Source: a virus. From it: a stretch of DNA of 64,000 bases. Shown here piece by piece: positions 16,678 to 27,216 of the stretch. The notes under the pieces are model-generated. The model ran no database searches and had not been told where the DNA came from. It saw only the letters and a program-made list of their open reading frames with translations. Where the stretch lies: the IMG/VR virus record IMGVR_UViG_3300020404_000006; one strand, written 5' to 3'. Numbering within the stretch: the stretch's first letter is position 1; every line of letters starts with the position of its first letter. Made by a program: the position numbers and the translations under genes.

Positions 16678-17825
16678 AGGTCAATCCTCCATGTCTTCTC
16701 ATGTATTTCATTATGGTTCTTGACAAAGATAATATTATCTCCATAATCTTCTTCGAGTTCTTCGCCATACTCATCTACGACATCATCAATCTCTTGCACA
16801 TATACTGTGTGACCATCCTTCAATAGATCTTCTACGAGTCTAAGTCGTGGACTTTCAACTACCAGATCACATCCTACCTTGTAACCAATACTATCAATGA
16901 AAAAAGCAAGACCTTCTGTATTGCACTCTACACAGTAGTTCTTAATGAACTCTGCATGTGCTTCATTAAAATCATCAGTCACTTGAGGAAGACTATACTT
17001 AAGACCAACCTTATCAGCATAGTATCCTAAAGCACGGTTGTCACGGGGCAAGCAAGGACCTCCGAAACCCAAACCATAGTTCAAATATTTAGACCCAATT
17101 CTGCTGTCCGCTCCAATGGATGACAGGATCTTTTCAATCTCCTTACCACACCCAGAGTTGTATAGAATCTGACCCATCATGTTAGCATAACTGATCTTGT
17201 ATGTAAGGAAACAGTTGATACCAATCTTAGTGATCTCTGCAGCAGTATTAGACATGGGATAGAAGTTTACCTCTCTCTCCATGAATGAAAGATAGATTGA
17301 TTTGATAAGTTCAAATCCTTCCTCATCATTGCCACCACACAGAATCATATCTGCATTTTTCATGTCTCTGATGATTGTTCCTTGTGCAACAAACTCAGGA
17401 CTATAGAATACACTTATACCTCTTCCTTCTAATTTCTTATCTACCCTATCTACAAAGCCTGGATTGGTTGTGCATCCGACAATAAATTTCTTTCCTTCCA
17501 AGTTGGGAGACCTGAGAAGATCACACACAACATCATCAACTAAACTACAATCATAACTGCCATCATCTAGAGAGGGAGTAGGAACAAAAGTAAAGATAAC
17601 GTCAGAGGATTTAATAACATCTTGATTGTTGGTACTCGCTCTTAGTTTCTTAGATCGAAGCAAAAGATCTTCTACTTCTGGTTCGTTACTATAAAGTTCT
17701 TTAGCATTAAGTTTACTGACATAACTTTGTTGTATGTCAGAAACGAATACATCATGACCAGCGGACTCAGCAAGAAGGGCAAAGCAAATGCCAAGTCTCC
17801 CTGCACCGATAACACCGATTTTCAT
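16674..17825 (-). CDS. ugd: UDP-glucose/GDP-mannose dehydrogenase family
   Basis: GAGRLG, VPTP, SPEF, KI..N, GFGGPCLPRD. Confidence 0.88.
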   Translation of the reverse strand: MKIGVIGAGRLGICFALLAESAGHDVFVSDIQQSYVSKLNAKELYSNEPEVEDLLLRSKKLRASTNNQDVIKSSDVIFTFVPTPSLDDGSYDCSLVDDVVCDLLRSPNLEGKKFIVGCTTNPGFVDRVDKKLEGRGISVFYSPEFVAQGTIIRDMKNADMILCGGNDEEGFELIKSIYLSFMEREVNFYPMSNTAAEITKIGINCFLTYKISYANMMGQILYNSGCGKEIEKILSSIGADSRIGSKYLNYGLGFGGPCLPRDNRALGYYADKVGLKYSLPQVTDDFNEAHAEFIKNYCVECNTEGLAFFIDSIGYKVGCDLVVESPRLRLVEDLLKDGHTVYVQEIDDVVDEYGEELEEDYGDNIIFVKNHNEIHEKTWRIDL

Positions 17826-17832
17826 TTTGAAA

Positions 17833-18594
17833 TTAAACCTCTAATTTATACGTTGGGATAGGATCCATTTTGTGTTTGTTTTGTGCATTAAATTTGTTCA
17901 AGATCTCTAAGGCAGGACCTGCACCAGTTTCCATTGCCTCTTCTAGTTGTTCGTATGAAGCGCCAATCTGGTCTTCATCGTTTCTACCATCCTCCCACAG
18001 TCCATCTGTAGGAGTTGCATTGATGATCTCAGGGATCACTCCGAGTTCTCTTCCGAGTCGTCTGACTTCGGACTTGTAAAGGTCCGCAATCGGAGCAATG
18101 TCAACCCCACCATCACCATACTTAGTATAAAAACCGACTCCATAATCTTCTACCTTGTTACCTGTACCTACTACGATACCTCCTACATTTGCAGCGACAT
18201 GATATAGTGTCACCATGCGGAGGCGTGATTTTGTATTGGCTTTCGCCAATGGATTTCCAGTATACTCCATACCAAACTCATTTGTCAAATCCGACATTAA
18301 CTTGGCGTAACTTTCGGAAAGATCTGCCTTGAGATGTTTTACATTGGTATAGTTTTTTGCCAACCAAAACATGTGTGCATCAGAGAGTGTCTCCTGATCT
18401 TTCTTTTGATTCAGTGGCATACCAATAACGAAAGTTGGTAATCCTGTTCTTGCAGCAAGGGTAGAAGCAACGGCAGAATCAATTCCACCAGAAACTCCTA
18501 CCACAAAACTGGTCACATGATTATCATGTGCATACTTACACAACCACCCAACCATATCAATAGTCAGTGTTTTGTAATCTTCAATTCGATTCAT
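17833..18594 (-). CDS. nadE: NH3-dependent NAD+ synthetase
   Basis: GVSGGIDSAV, N.KSRLRM, GTGN..E, FYTKYGDG, PT.GLW. Confidence 0.93.
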   Translation of the reverse strand: MNRIEDYKTLTIDMVGWLCKYAHDNHVTSFVVGVSGGIDSAVASTLAARTGLPTFVIGMPLNQKKDQETLSDAHMFWLAKNYTNVKHLKADLSESYAKLMSDLTNEFGMEYTGNPLAKANTKSRLRMVTLYHVAANVGGIVVGTGNKVEDYGVGFYTKYGDGGVDIAPIADLYKSEVRRLGRELGVIPEIINATPTDGLWEDGRNDEDQIGASYEQLEEAMETGAGPALEILNKFNAQNKHKMDPIPTYKLEV

Positions 18595-19403
18595 TTTCTA
18601 GTTGCTAGAATGACAGTGTTTTCATAATCACGACCTGTATCAAAGGTGTAATCTTTTTTGATCTTCTCAATGAAATCATTATAATAGAATTCATTAAAGT
18701 TGACAAGGTTGTATATCATATAAACATATTTTGAATTCGTGATAATCTTATCGTAATATGCCATCTGTGTAGGCAGATCACATTCAGATAGAGCATAGTT
18801 ACTAATGAAAAGATCTACATCTTTGATCTCTTCGTACTCTGTACACGGAATACATGTTACCTTATCTTTTAGATCTTCAAACTGATCTAGATATTTTCTT
18901 TGCAAGGCAGATACCTCTGGTAAATCAATGAGAATGTATTGATCAAACTCACACACTTTACTCAAGACTCTACAGAGTCCACCATATCCACCACCTACTT
19001 CTACAATCTTACTAACAGGAGCACCATCAAGTAAGAATCCACACTCAAAAGTATTCTTCATATACCTGAGAGTTGTAGGAGATATCGTACCTGTCATGCC
19101 TGGGTAAGGATACAATTCTGGATTACCAATCTTGTCATTCTCTTTAAATGCTTCGATGTTATCCCATACAGCATCCTCATTCATATCCTTACAGATGTTT
19201 AGGTATGCTTGTCCTTGATCCTTAAGTACATGTTCTAGGATAGTCTTGTACTTTGGATTAGATTTAAAGTTTGCAAAGGCATCATCAGATGCAACTGCTT
19301 CTTTACATGCTTCAAGATACTCTACGGCAATCTGATCTTCTGCTTGCCATCCACTACGGTCATCTGTGACAGTAGTTGCAGATACGTCAATAATTTCACT
19401 CAT
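18591..19403 (-). CDS. putative sugar O-methyltransferase
   Basis: EVGGGYGG SAM motif, IDLP, SNYALSE. Confidence 0.75.
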   Translation of the reverse strand: MSEIIDVSATTVTDDRSGWQAEDQIAVEYLEACKEAVASDDAFANFKSNPKYKTILEHVLKDQGQAYLNICKDMNEDAVWDNIEAFKENDKIGNPELYPYPGMTGTISPTTLRYMKNTFECGFLLDGAPVSKIVEVGGGYGGLCRVLSKVCEFDQYILIDLPEVSALQRKYLDQFEDLKDKVTCIPCTEYEEIKDVDLFISNYALSECDLPTQMAYYDKIITNSKYVYMIYNLVNFNEFYYNDFIEKIKKDYTFDTGRDYENTVILATRK

Positions 19404-20377
19404 GATACTCTAGGTTTTTGATGTCTAAGTGGGTCGATTTGTGCAAAATAATTTCCATACATGTAATCCTCTGCGACTCTCATGCACTGAGCAATCTCAA
19501 AGTTTTCTTGTATTACATCTTTCTTGGATTCATAATACTCTGGTGTGAGTTTATCCCAAGGAATATTATCCCAAGGTTTTTTCTCATCTAGGAAAATGAT
19601 ACCTTCTGGATTGAAGTATTGTGCCACTCCAGCAGTACCATAATACACTGGAATAGTTCCACACGCAAAACAATCTGTCAACTTCTCAGTAAAGTAAGTT
19701 GGATAGTTTGCGTTCTCTACTGCAAAGGAGAACATATAATCTCTCAATGCTCTTGACTTTTCTTTTAGTGGTAACTCTTGAGGTAATCCCCAACCAAATA
19801 AATCATCGCCACCTTGTTTTTTATAGTATGATTCTACGACTTTGAGGCGACGTTGATGTCCCACTGTATACCCTTTGTTAGATGCGACCATTGAGACGAG
19901 TTTTGATTTGCGATAGACTGCCCTATCCATGACCCAAGGAGCAGCGTTAGATAAACAATAGAGAAATTTACCATCAGGGCCAGCCTCAGTTGTGAGTCTC
20001 TGATCACAAGTAAAGATACCATCAACACGACTAGCAACAAAATCATAATTCTCCTCTATAAATCTATACTGATCTGGGATAATCTCCCTAGACTCTAACA
20101 ACCAAATAAATTTTGGTTTGTCGCTATCGTCCTCCAAGACTTTTAGTGCCTCTCCATTTACATAGAGATTCACAAGTCCAGTACCATTACGAATCCATCT
20201 AGTATAGACCGACCTATTGTTTGCCGAAGTAGATGGTTCTAATGAATCATTACAATAAAGATTGATAGGAAATTTTGACTCAGGTCCTAGAACAGGAAAG
20301 TCAATTCCTGTAGGACTCTTCTTCGCCTTTTCAACTGCCTCTCTTAGTGCTGCCGCTTCGGCATCATACTTATTCAT
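19400..20377 (-). CDS. GT10-like fucosyltransferase
   Basis: YMFSFAVEN...YFTEKL.D.F..GTIPVYYG. Confidence 0.8.
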   Translation of the reverse strand: MNKYDAEAAALREAVEKAKKSPTGIDFPVLGPESKFPINLYCNDSLEPSTSANNRSVYTRWIRNGTGLVNLYVNGEALKVLEDDSDKPKFIWLLESREIIPDQYRFIEENYDFVASRVDGIFTCDQRLTTEAGPDGKFLYCLSNAAPWVMDRAVYRKSKLVSMVASNKGYTVGHQRRLKVVESYYKKQGGDDLFGWGLPQELPLKEKSRALRDYMFSFAVENANYPTYFTEKLTDCFACGTIPVYYGTAGVAQYFNPEGIIFLDEKKPWDNIPWDKLTPEYYESKKDVIQENFEIAQCMRVAEDYMYGNYFAQIDPLRHQKPRVS

Positions 20378-21254
20378 AATCCTTTTTCATCTCCTCAAAT
20401 ACTTTTTTCAAACCTTCTGGGACAGATGTTTTTGGTTTCCAAAACTTCTGGATGAATGGGTCGGGGACGTTCCTAGCATCCTTCTGCACTTCGTCCTTCG
20501 ACTGTGCTGGAGTAATCGTGATCTCCTTGCCAATACCCGAAAATAATGACTTAATTTCAGACGCAATCTCCAACACAGTTGTATAAACACCAGTAGTAAT
20601 ATGAAGTTCATCGTCAGAATGGAGATCATGGTATGTCTCCATAACAGTCTCCAGCGCCTCACAACAGTCTTCCGCATAAAGAAATTCCCTCGCTTCGGTT
20701 CCGTCTGTCATCATATCTATATCACCAGACTCAAACCCTTTACGGATGAAATCTGTAATGACATGTGCCTTGTCCATGTCTTTCTCAATACCATATACAT
20801 TCCAGAACTTGACGATCAATCCACCAAGAGACTTGGTATAAAGTTCGCCAACTCTTTTCAATACACCATAGGGAGAGTAAGACATATTACTCATCTGTGA
20901 TGATGCAAATACAAATGGTTTATTGTGTTTCTCAAGTAGACCAAAGGCATTTGCCATCAATCTTGTATTGTTATCGATGAACTGAAAAGTATGTTGATAC
21001 TTTTTAAGATAGTGTGATCCTCCCACATCAAAGGCAAGGAAGTACACAAAATCTGCCATATAAATTTTGGCTTCAAGTTCACCATTAGGAATGACTGTCA
21101 TGTCCTGTTCACTACCATTAGTGATATCAAACTCAAGGACTTCATTCCCCATACGATTAAGGTAGTCAGTCAGATATGCTCCAACTTGACCACCAGATCC
21201 TAGCACCAATATCTTACGAGCCCTTTGCTCGTAATACATGTCTTCATAATCCAT
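20370..21254 (-). CDS. NAD-dependent nucleotide-sugar epimerase/dehydratase (SDR)
   Basis: GSGGQVG, ASS, YGVLK (YxxxK), NVYG; start uncertain. Confidence 0.85.
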   Translation of the reverse strand: MDYEDMYYEQRARKILVLGSGGQVGAYLTDYLNRMGNEVLEFDITNGSEQDMTVIPNGELEAKIYMADFVYFLAFDVGGSHYLKKYQHTFQFIDNNTRLMANAFGLLEKHNKPFVFASSQMSNMSYSPYGVLKRVGELYTKSLGGLIVKFWNVYGIEKDMDKAHVITDFIRKGFESGDIDMMTDGTEAREFLYAEDCCEALETVMETYHDLHSDDELHITTGVYTTVLEIASEIKSLFSGIGKEITITPAQSKDEVQKDARNVPDPFIQKFWKPKTSVPEGLKKVFEEMKKDYE

Positions 21255-21274
21255 TTTTGTAATAACAACCTCCA

Positions 21275-21862
21275 TCAAAGCCAAGCAACGGAATGTTTCT
21301 CATCAAAATTGACAAGACCTGTACCACTCATGTGTCCAATCTCAGTGACATTAATTTTAGGGAATGTGATTCTGTTCCAGAAGTCTTCGATCTCAGGCCA
21401 CTGAGGACCGATATCATCGAGAAGAACAATACCAGACCATCCTTTCTCTTCTAGGTATTCAAACATCTCTTCCTCTGCCGTTCCATCATGAGGGTCAACG
21501 TCAATCATTATAATAGAAACGTGATCCCAATTCAAGTCATCAGTTCTAAAGTCTTGAACCTTAAACTCAACATTATCTTTTTTGATTCCTTCGGATGCAC
21601 CCTGCTCAACTAAGTCATAACTAATAACTTTATTCTTATCATTGTAAGATAGTGCAAGGGCAGAACCTCCTGTCCTTGTACCAACATCTAAGATGATAGA
21701 ATCATTGAACTGTGTAGATAACCAAGAATACAATCGGTATTCACTCTGACCAGCAGTGAGCCAATCATTTGGGTTGAGTGATTGTTCTGCAAGATGCGAA
21801 ACATCTAGAGAACGGATTGCATCCTTATCAAGTTTGATATTCTTCTTAGTTACTTTTCGCAT
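21275..21862 (-). CDS. class I SAM-dependent methyltransferase
   Basis: DVGTRTGGS, IDVDPH, LLDD. Confidence 0.75.
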   Translation of the reverse strand: MRKVTKKNIKLDKDAIRSLDVSHLAEQSLNPNDWLTAGQSEYRLYSWLSTQFNDSIILDVGTRTGGSALALSYNDKNKVISYDLVEQGASEGIKKDNVEFKVQDFRTDDLNWDHVSIIMIDVDPHDGTAEEEMFEYLEEKGWSGIVLLDDIGPQWPEIEDFWNRITFPKINVTEIGHMSGTGLVNFDEKHSVAWL

Positions 21863-22901
21863 GTTCTAGTTCCTTTGATGTAATTTCAACTACGCCATGT
21901 TGACGAGATTTAATTTGTTCAGTGATCCAAGCATAAGTCTTGGAGATACCTTCTTCAAGAGTCTGTGAATAATCCCATCCAAGTTTCTCACGAATAAGAT
22001 CGTTGTTTGAATTACGTCCACGGACACCCAAAGGTGCATCAAGTTTGTGTGCCTTTCTAACAACCTTACCTGATACCTTAGCAGCAGTTTCTACCAACTG
22101 ATTGATAGTAACCATTTCTTCAGAACCAATGTTGACAGGTCCTTCAAAATCAGAATCAATCAACCTACGAGTTGCTTCAATGCACTCATCAATGTATAGG
22201 AATGATCTGGTTTGTAAACCGTCTCCCCATACCTCAATAGTTCCTCCTGTGTCTGGTAAAGATGCGACCTTTCTACAGATTGCTGCAGGGGCTTTTTCTT
22301 TTCCGCCATCCCAAGTCCCTTCAGGACCAAAAATGTTATGATAGCGAGCCACAGAAACGTCAAGGTTGTAGTTGCGAGCATAGGCAAAATACAATCTCTC
22401 CGAAAAGAGTTTTTCCCATCCATACTCTGAGTCTGGATTGGCTGGGTAGGCAGAGTTCTCACGGCAATCAGGATTGTCTGGATCTAATTGATTATGTTCT
22501 GGGTACATACAAGCAGAACTAGAATAGAAGATCTTAGTTTTGTTTGTACCAAGTAATCTATTAAGTTGAACTTGTTCGTTCAGAACATTCAAATTAATAG
22601 TTGCTGAGTTGTGCATGATGTCAGCAGAGTGTTCATCTGTAAAGATGTATCCAGCACCACCCATGTCGGCAGCGAACTGGTAGATCTCATCAAAAGAATC
22701 TCCATTTACATCTAAGACTTGTGCTACAAGTCCTACTTCTCTAAGATCACCTTGAACAAAATCATCGGCAGCACTCATAGAGAAATCGGGGTACTTAATA
22801 TCAACGCCACGAACCCAATACCCTTCTGATCGTAGTCGTTTTACCATGTGACTTCCAATGAAGCCGCCTGCACCCAATACTAGTGCTGTCTTCTTATCCA
22901 T
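21846..22901 (-). CDS. GDP-mannose 3,5-epimerase
   Basis: GAGGFIGSH, AADMGGAG, SSSACMYP, DSEYGWEK, KAPAA.CRK, GVRGRNS signatures of GME. Confidence 0.85.
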   Translation of the reverse strand: MDKKTALVLGAGGFIGSHMVKRLRSEGYWVRGVDIKYPDFSMSAADDFVQGDLREVGLVAQVLDVNGDSFDEIYQFAADMGGAGYIFTDEHSADIMHNSATINLNVLNEQVQLNRLLGTNKTKIFYSSSACMYPEHNQLDPDNPDCRENSAYPANPDSEYGWEKLFSERLYFAYARNYNLDVSVARYHNIFGPEGTWDGGKEKAPAAICRKVASLPDTGGTIEVWGDGLQTRSFLYIDECIEATRRLIDSDFEGPVNIGSEEMVTINQLVETAAKVSGKVVRKAHKLDAPLGVRGRNSNNDLIREKLGWDYSQTLEEGISKTYAWITEQIKSRQHGVVEITSKELEHAKSN

Positions 22902-22936
22902 ACAAGTTTGAAATAAACTTCATCTTATTTATTGTA

Positions 22937-23680
22937 TCAGACTTCAGCGGTTTGTGCAATAATGTTTACAGTTGGAAACCAACCGAGTTCCATCATAGGT
23001 TCTACATTTGCACATAACTCGTCAGGTTCGTTGGGAGTTTCCTCCTTGATAGGAAGATGACTCATACCTAAAGACTCAGCAAGATCCAATACAGATGTCA
23101 TCTGTCCTGTTCCGATATCAATAGTTCCTGTGTATGTACTGGTAATCAAGTAATGGATTGCTCTCACAACATCCAATACATGAATCCAATCTCTCTTATG
23201 TCTTGTCAAATATTTTGCAGTTCTTTGTTTCAACATTTCATATAACATATCATCTCTACTTCCTTCTTCTGCCCACACATTAAAAAATCTCATGCCCACA
23301 CTGTTAGGTGGTGCCATGAGTTCATTTGCTTTCTTTGTGATAGCATAAGGATTCTGCCACCACTCGTGTGCTCCAGCAGAACTTGCATACAATAACCTAA
23401 CGTTATTCTCTCTACAATAATCAAAGATAGGTTTAGACTTCTCTACATTATTATTCCAGAACTTATGTGGATTATCCACACTATCTCTCAGTGCAGCGTA
23501 GGCTGCAAGATGTATAATACAATCCCAATGTTCTGCGAACATACCAGAAGGACCTACAAAGTCTCCAATGTCATCTGGTCTGTCTAATCCTTGAACACCG
23601 TATCCAAAAACTTCTCTTAGAGAAGAGAACAGTTCCTTGCCAATAAAACCTTTGTGGCCAGTTATTAAAATTCTAGTCAT
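22937..23680 (-). CDS. NAD-dependent epimerase/dehydratase (SDR)
   Basis: TGHKGFIG, HLAA, YAITK, RFFNV. Confidence 0.85.
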   Translation of the reverse strand: MTRILITGHKGFIGKELFSSLREVFGYGVQGLDRPDDIGDFVGPSGMFAEHWDCIIHLAAYAALRDSVDNPHKFWNNNVEKSKPIFDYCRENNVRLLYASSAGAHEWWQNPYAITKKANELMAPPNSVGMRFFNVWAEEGSRDDMLYEMLKQRTAKYLTRHKRDWIHVLDVVRAIHYLITSTYTGTIDIGTGQMTSVLDLAESLGMSHLPIKEETPNEPDELCANVEPMMELGWFPTVNIIAQTAEV

Positions 23681-23886
23681 TTTCTTTTCTTCCTGTGGCG
23701 TGCAATCCAATTCCTTGCTGTGTCATCATTAAGAGCTGTGTGTAGGATCTCTCCTTCATATACTATCACTCTTTTGGATTTACCGCATGGTACAGCAGCG
23801 TATCCATCTTTAGTAAAGAAACCCATCTTAGTATCCTTATAATAATTATAAGTTGATCTGAGTTCCTTCTCTTCTGGAGTCATCAT
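23677..23886 (-). CDS. hypothetical protein
   Basis: 69 aa, operon-packed. Confidence 0.6.
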   Translation of the reverse strand: MMTPEEKELRSTYNYYKDTKMGFFTKDGYAAVPCGKSKRVIVYEGEILHTALNDDTARNWIARHRKKRK

Positions 23887-24533
23887 GTTTTAACTTCAAA
23901 TGTGAGATGATTATTACAATCCCCAAAGAACTTGCCGTCTAGATTGTAATTGAATGAGATACTATATCTTTCCTCATTAGAAAATGAAGGAGTCACATAG
24001 TGATCTAGGTGTGCAGGGAAAAGAAATAGACCACACTCTTCTGGTTCAAATTTTTTCTCAAAACTATTGAGATCATCATAGCCAGTCACGGATGGTTCCC
24101 AATGACTAGTGATCCAAGTAGATTGTTTGGTTGTAAAAACAATGTCGCCACTGTTCTCAGGAACCTGTAGATAAAACACTCCAGCAAACTGAGTATTGTT
24201 GTGACGATGTTCTGCAATATAATTTCCCTTCGTTTGTAGGTTACCCCAAGAATTGATTCTTTTCAACCCATGTTTTTTCAAATCAAGTTGTAGGGACTTA
24301 GCGAACTTATAAACTTCATTCTCAATACTATTTTCTAACAACCTCAACTCTGGACTTGACAATAAATCCGCTTGCAATTTTGTTGTCTCTCCGTTAGGTC
24401 TGTTGACTATATCCGTATCTGGTGCCCATTCACATGTCTTTAAAAAATCTAACATGTGTTTCAATTCAGATGGTCTGAAGTCTAAGACATTTTGATAAAC
24501 TGGTGTTGGAAATAGAATATGAATATGAGACAT
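23883..24533 (-). CDS. 2OG-Fe(II) oxygenase (TIGR02466-like)
   Basis: LFPTP, SWGN, HxH, GVFY, LFPAHLDH.V, R.SISFN. Confidence 0.85.
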   Translation of the reverse strand: MSHIHILFPTPVYQNVLDFRPSELKHMLDFLKTCEWAPDTDIVNRPNGETTKLQADLLSSPELRLLENSIENEVYKFAKSLQLDLKKHGLKRINSWGNLQTKGNYIAEHRHNNTQFAGVFYLQVPENSGDIVFTTKQSTWITSHWEPSVTGYDDLNSFEKKFEPEECGLFLFPAHLDHYVTPSFSNEERYSISFNYNLDGKFFGDCNNHLTFEVKT

Positions 24534-25150
24534 CAGTTTGCGTTTAAACTTTCATTGTATTGGTTATCAAGAATCCCTGCTGTGTTTACTTGTTGCAGTC
24601 CAATGTTTCCTTGCCACCAACCAGTAGCAATATACTTATCACTCATAGGAGGATTGCCTCTATGTAAATGAGTATATCCACCAGGCCAAATAAGAATAGT
24701 TCCTTTCTTTGGTTTTACTTTTCTCTTTTGATATAAAAATTCTGTCTCTCCACCCTCTTCTACATCATTCAAATATACCATCCATGCCATAGTTCTATTA
24801 CCTAGATTCCAATTCACATTTTCTGCATGGAACAAATGATATCCGTTAGTGGGTTCTGTCTTTTGAAGTAGACACAGAGAACTTACATAACTGAAATTGC
24901 CTAGGTAGGTATATTCATTGATGTAATGAAATAAACAATTAGTAACATACTTCATCAACTGGGAACACTCACTAGGAGAAAATCCATCCAGACATATTTG
25001 TTTATCTTTTACATGACTAAAATTTCTTTTAAAATCTGTAAACTCTGCCTTGTCCATGTAGTCTACAAGGAAGTCACAGAAGCGTGGGTCTACTGCGTTC
25101 TCAAATATTCCAATAAAGTCATGGAATTCATATTTAATTTCGGTGTCCAT
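24533..25150 (-). CDS. 2OG-Fe(II) oxygenase (prolyl hydroxylase-like)
   Basis: FHAE, YLNDV..GGET.F, P..GTILIWP...H.HRG, KY..TGW. Confidence 0.88.
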   Translation of the reverse strand: MDTEIKYEFHDFIGIFENAVDPRFCDFLVDYMDKAEFTDFKRNFSHVKDKQICLDGFSPSECSQLMKYVTNCLFHYINEYTYLGNFSYVSSLCLLQKTEPTNGYHLFHAENVNWNLGNRTMAWMVYLNDVEEGGETEFLYQKRKVKPKKGTILIWPGGYTHLHRGNPPMSDKYIATGWWQGNIGLQQVNTAGILDNQYNESLNAN

Positions 25151-25154
25151 TATG

Positions 25155-25397
25155 TTACCAAAGATTTAGTGGGCAATGTGCTGCACTAAATTTGACCTTA
25201 TTTACTAAAAAACAACCACACTCTTTACACAAGTGTCGGTCTGGATCAAATCGATTACAGTCTCTACATATATCTATTCGTGCTTTTTTGACCTCATCAG
25301 GAACAAGCAAGGTTCCGTCAAAGACGAAACCTTTAACAATATCATAGGCGGTCTTTGATAAGTTAGCCGCCTTCTCTGGTAGAGAAGGATCAGTCAT
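25155..25397 (-). CDS. small Cys-rich protein (DUF6171-like)
   Basis: CRDC, CKECGC, CP..W. Confidence 0.65.
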   Translation of the reverse strand: MTDPSLPEKAANLSKTAYDIVKGFVFDGTLLVPDEVKKARIDICRDCNRFDPDRHLCKECGCFLVNKVKFSAAHCPLNLW

Positions 25398-25620
25398 CCT
25401 TGATATAACATGGAACCCCAGCTGGGTCTAACCACTTTGTATATTCAAAGTCATCAATGGCAAGTTTGAACTGCATGTAATTATCACATAGATACATGTC
25501 TTTGTATCTACCTGAGAACTGATTGTACTTTTGAATACGGTAATCGGGATTACCATTATCCAAGAGTTCTTCCATTTGAACGTACCTATATGGTTCGTTG
25601 TGGCATACTACATCAATCAT
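25390..25620 (-). CDS. hypothetical protein
   Basis: 76 aa, operon-packed. Confidence 0.65.
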   Translation of the reverse strand: MIDVVCHNEPYRYVQMEELLDNGNPDYRIQKYNQFSGRYKDMYLCDNYMQFKLAIDDFEYTKWLDPAGVPCYIKDD

Positions 25621-25832
25621 TTAGAAACTCCTAGATCTTCCGCAATCAGACTCATTAGCAATGAATACTCCTGTTCTGGATCCTCATCGCTGAACTCATA
25701 ACCTTCTCCCTTATAGTACCTCAAAACTTTTTTGTAAATCTTTGGATACTTGAAGTCGAGTGCAAACTCTTGGTCTACTGCTCCCTCCAAAGCATCAAGA
25801 TTTTTCTTGAACTTAGAAATGAAAGTGGACAT
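25617..25832 (-). CDS. hypothetical protein
   Basis: 71 aa. Confidence 0.65.
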   Translation of the reverse strand: MSTFISKFKKNLDALEGAVDQEFALDFKYPKIYKKVLRYYKGEGYEFSDEDPEQEYSLLMSLIAEDLGVSK

Positions 25833-25880
25833 TTTCCGATTGTGTTTACGTTACTATTGTAGTCCTGTATTTAGTTTTTG

Positions 25881-26081
25881 TCAAGCACCGTCATCATGAT
25901 TCCACATGTGCTCTATATCCTGAGCCTGTCCAGAATCAATAAGTGGTTTTAGAATATCATTATGAGGAACAAGTGCTACCTGTCCATCAGGAGTATCTAT
26001 TAAAAAGGTCTCTCCAGCTGACGCTCGATCGACCAATTCTTCAAAGTTTTCTTCAAGATATTCAAGAGAAATTACTTGCAT
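25881..26081 (-). CDS. Phd/YefM antitoxin-like protein
   Basis: beta-alpha-alpha-beta-beta pattern ..ENFEELVDRA..GETFLI..G.VALVP. Confidence 0.55.
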   Translation of the reverse strand: MQVISLEYLEENFEELVDRASAGETFLIDTPDGQVALVPHNDILKPLIDSGQAQDIEHMWNHDDGA

Positions 26082-26722
26082 TACATTTGCGGTTGTTTAG
26101 GTAAATGTTCAAATGATCCTGGCATGTGTGCGCTGTCTTTAGCCGTTGCTGCGTTTACCTCGTTAATATGATCAATCTGATCTCTGTTCTTTAAGAACTC
26201 TAACATCTGACTTGCATGTGTGAGTTCAAATGGATCATTAGGTAAGTTGTCTCTACTTCCAACACCATCTGGTGTCTCTTCCTCAAGGTAAACCATCTGA
26301 ATATTATTTTCAATTAGCATAACCCAACGCCATGCTCTCATTCCCATACCTTTATTGTACATCTTGACGGAACATTGAGTTGCAGCCATTCCACCTTGCT
26401 TTGCAAGTCTTAGAACGTATGCTCCATTTCCATCTGGAAGATACTTAAGTTTTTTGATCTTCATGTCTTTAAACCACTTGTCCATCACAAATGAATCGTT
26501 CATAGAAACGACATAGATCTCATCAACAATAGTTTCTTTGATGAAGCTGTCATAGAGTTTCTCATACTCCTTGACCATCTCTGTACATGGAGGTGTGAAA
26601 GCACCGCACACAGAGACAAGAAGAACATCTTTACCCTCGAACAATGAGTGTACTGATTTCTTCACTAATTTTTTTGATTTGTTATTCCAAAAGAACAACT
26701 CTGCATCAGGCAATAAATTCAT
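26081..26722 (-). CDS. peroxiredoxin, Prx5/redoxin type
   Basis: GAFTPPC, SMND.FVM..W, LPDGNG. Confidence 0.85.
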   Translation of the reverse strand: MNLLPDAELFFWNNKSKKLVKKSVHSLFEGKDVLLVSVCGAFTPPCTEMVKEYEKLYDSFIKETIVDEIYVVSMNDSFVMDKWFKDMKIKKLKYLPDGNGAYVLRLAKQGGMAATQCSVKMYNKGMGMRAWRWVMLIENNIQMVYLEEETPDGVGSRDNLPNDPFELTHASQMLEFLKNRDQIDHINEVNAATAKDSAHMPGSFEHLPKQPQM

Positions 26723-26758
26723 TTTTCTAATTTACTTTCATGTATAGTATGTATAAGG

Positions 26759-26971
26759 TTACTCGGAGAGTTCTCTGAGTGCCTCAAGTTTAATAAATTG
26801 TTCGTTGAGATTATAGTGTAACTTATAATTTACAGTTGTCAAGTAAAACCCAACAATTTCTGATCCGTCACAACTGTATCCATAGCCCGTAAGTTTTTCA
26901 TTTACGCCATCAATTTTCAATGACTTACCTTTTTCAAGGTAGCTATGGTACTTCTCGTCTAGACTGATCAT
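26759..26971 (-). CDS. hypothetical protein
   Basis: 70 aa. Confidence 0.6.
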   Translation of the reverse strand: MISLDEKYHSYLEKGKSLKIDGVNEKLTGYGYSCDGSEIVGFYLTTVNYKLHYNLNEQFIKLEALRELSE

Positions 26972-27216
26972 CGTTCCTCGTAGATTAATTTTTTAACGCC
27001 TCTTCTTCGGCGTTCCTCTTGGTATTTTAGATCATCAAATGTCAGAATACCATCATATTTAATAGTTTTGTCATATTCTGTAAGGATTACCTGATTAAGA
27101 TCGATAGCCCCAACAGTCTCATCAACAACCATCATTTGATTTTCACATCTACAGACTTGAACTTTAGTCGTTGCTCGCAACTCTGTATTACATAGTTTAC
27201 ATCTCGCTTTCAACAT
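26968..27216 (-). CDS. Zn-ribbon-like hypothetical protein
   Basis: CKLC..CRC.N. Confidence 0.6.
   Translation of the reverse strand: MLKARCKLCNTELRATTKVQVCRCENQMMVVDETVGAIDLNQVILTEYDKTIKYDGILTFDDLKYQEERRRRGVKKLIYEER

Noticed and set aside
11920-23680. Glycan island as a TET/glycosyltransferase DNA hypermodification system
   Set aside because: GT families (10, 11, 25, 7-like) and sugar enzymes are envelope-glycan types; no TET/JBP or dCMP hydroxymethylase recognised.
20370-23710. wcaG RNA motif upstream of epimerase genes
   Set aside because: Genes overlap or have short AT-rich spacers; no matching structure found by eye.
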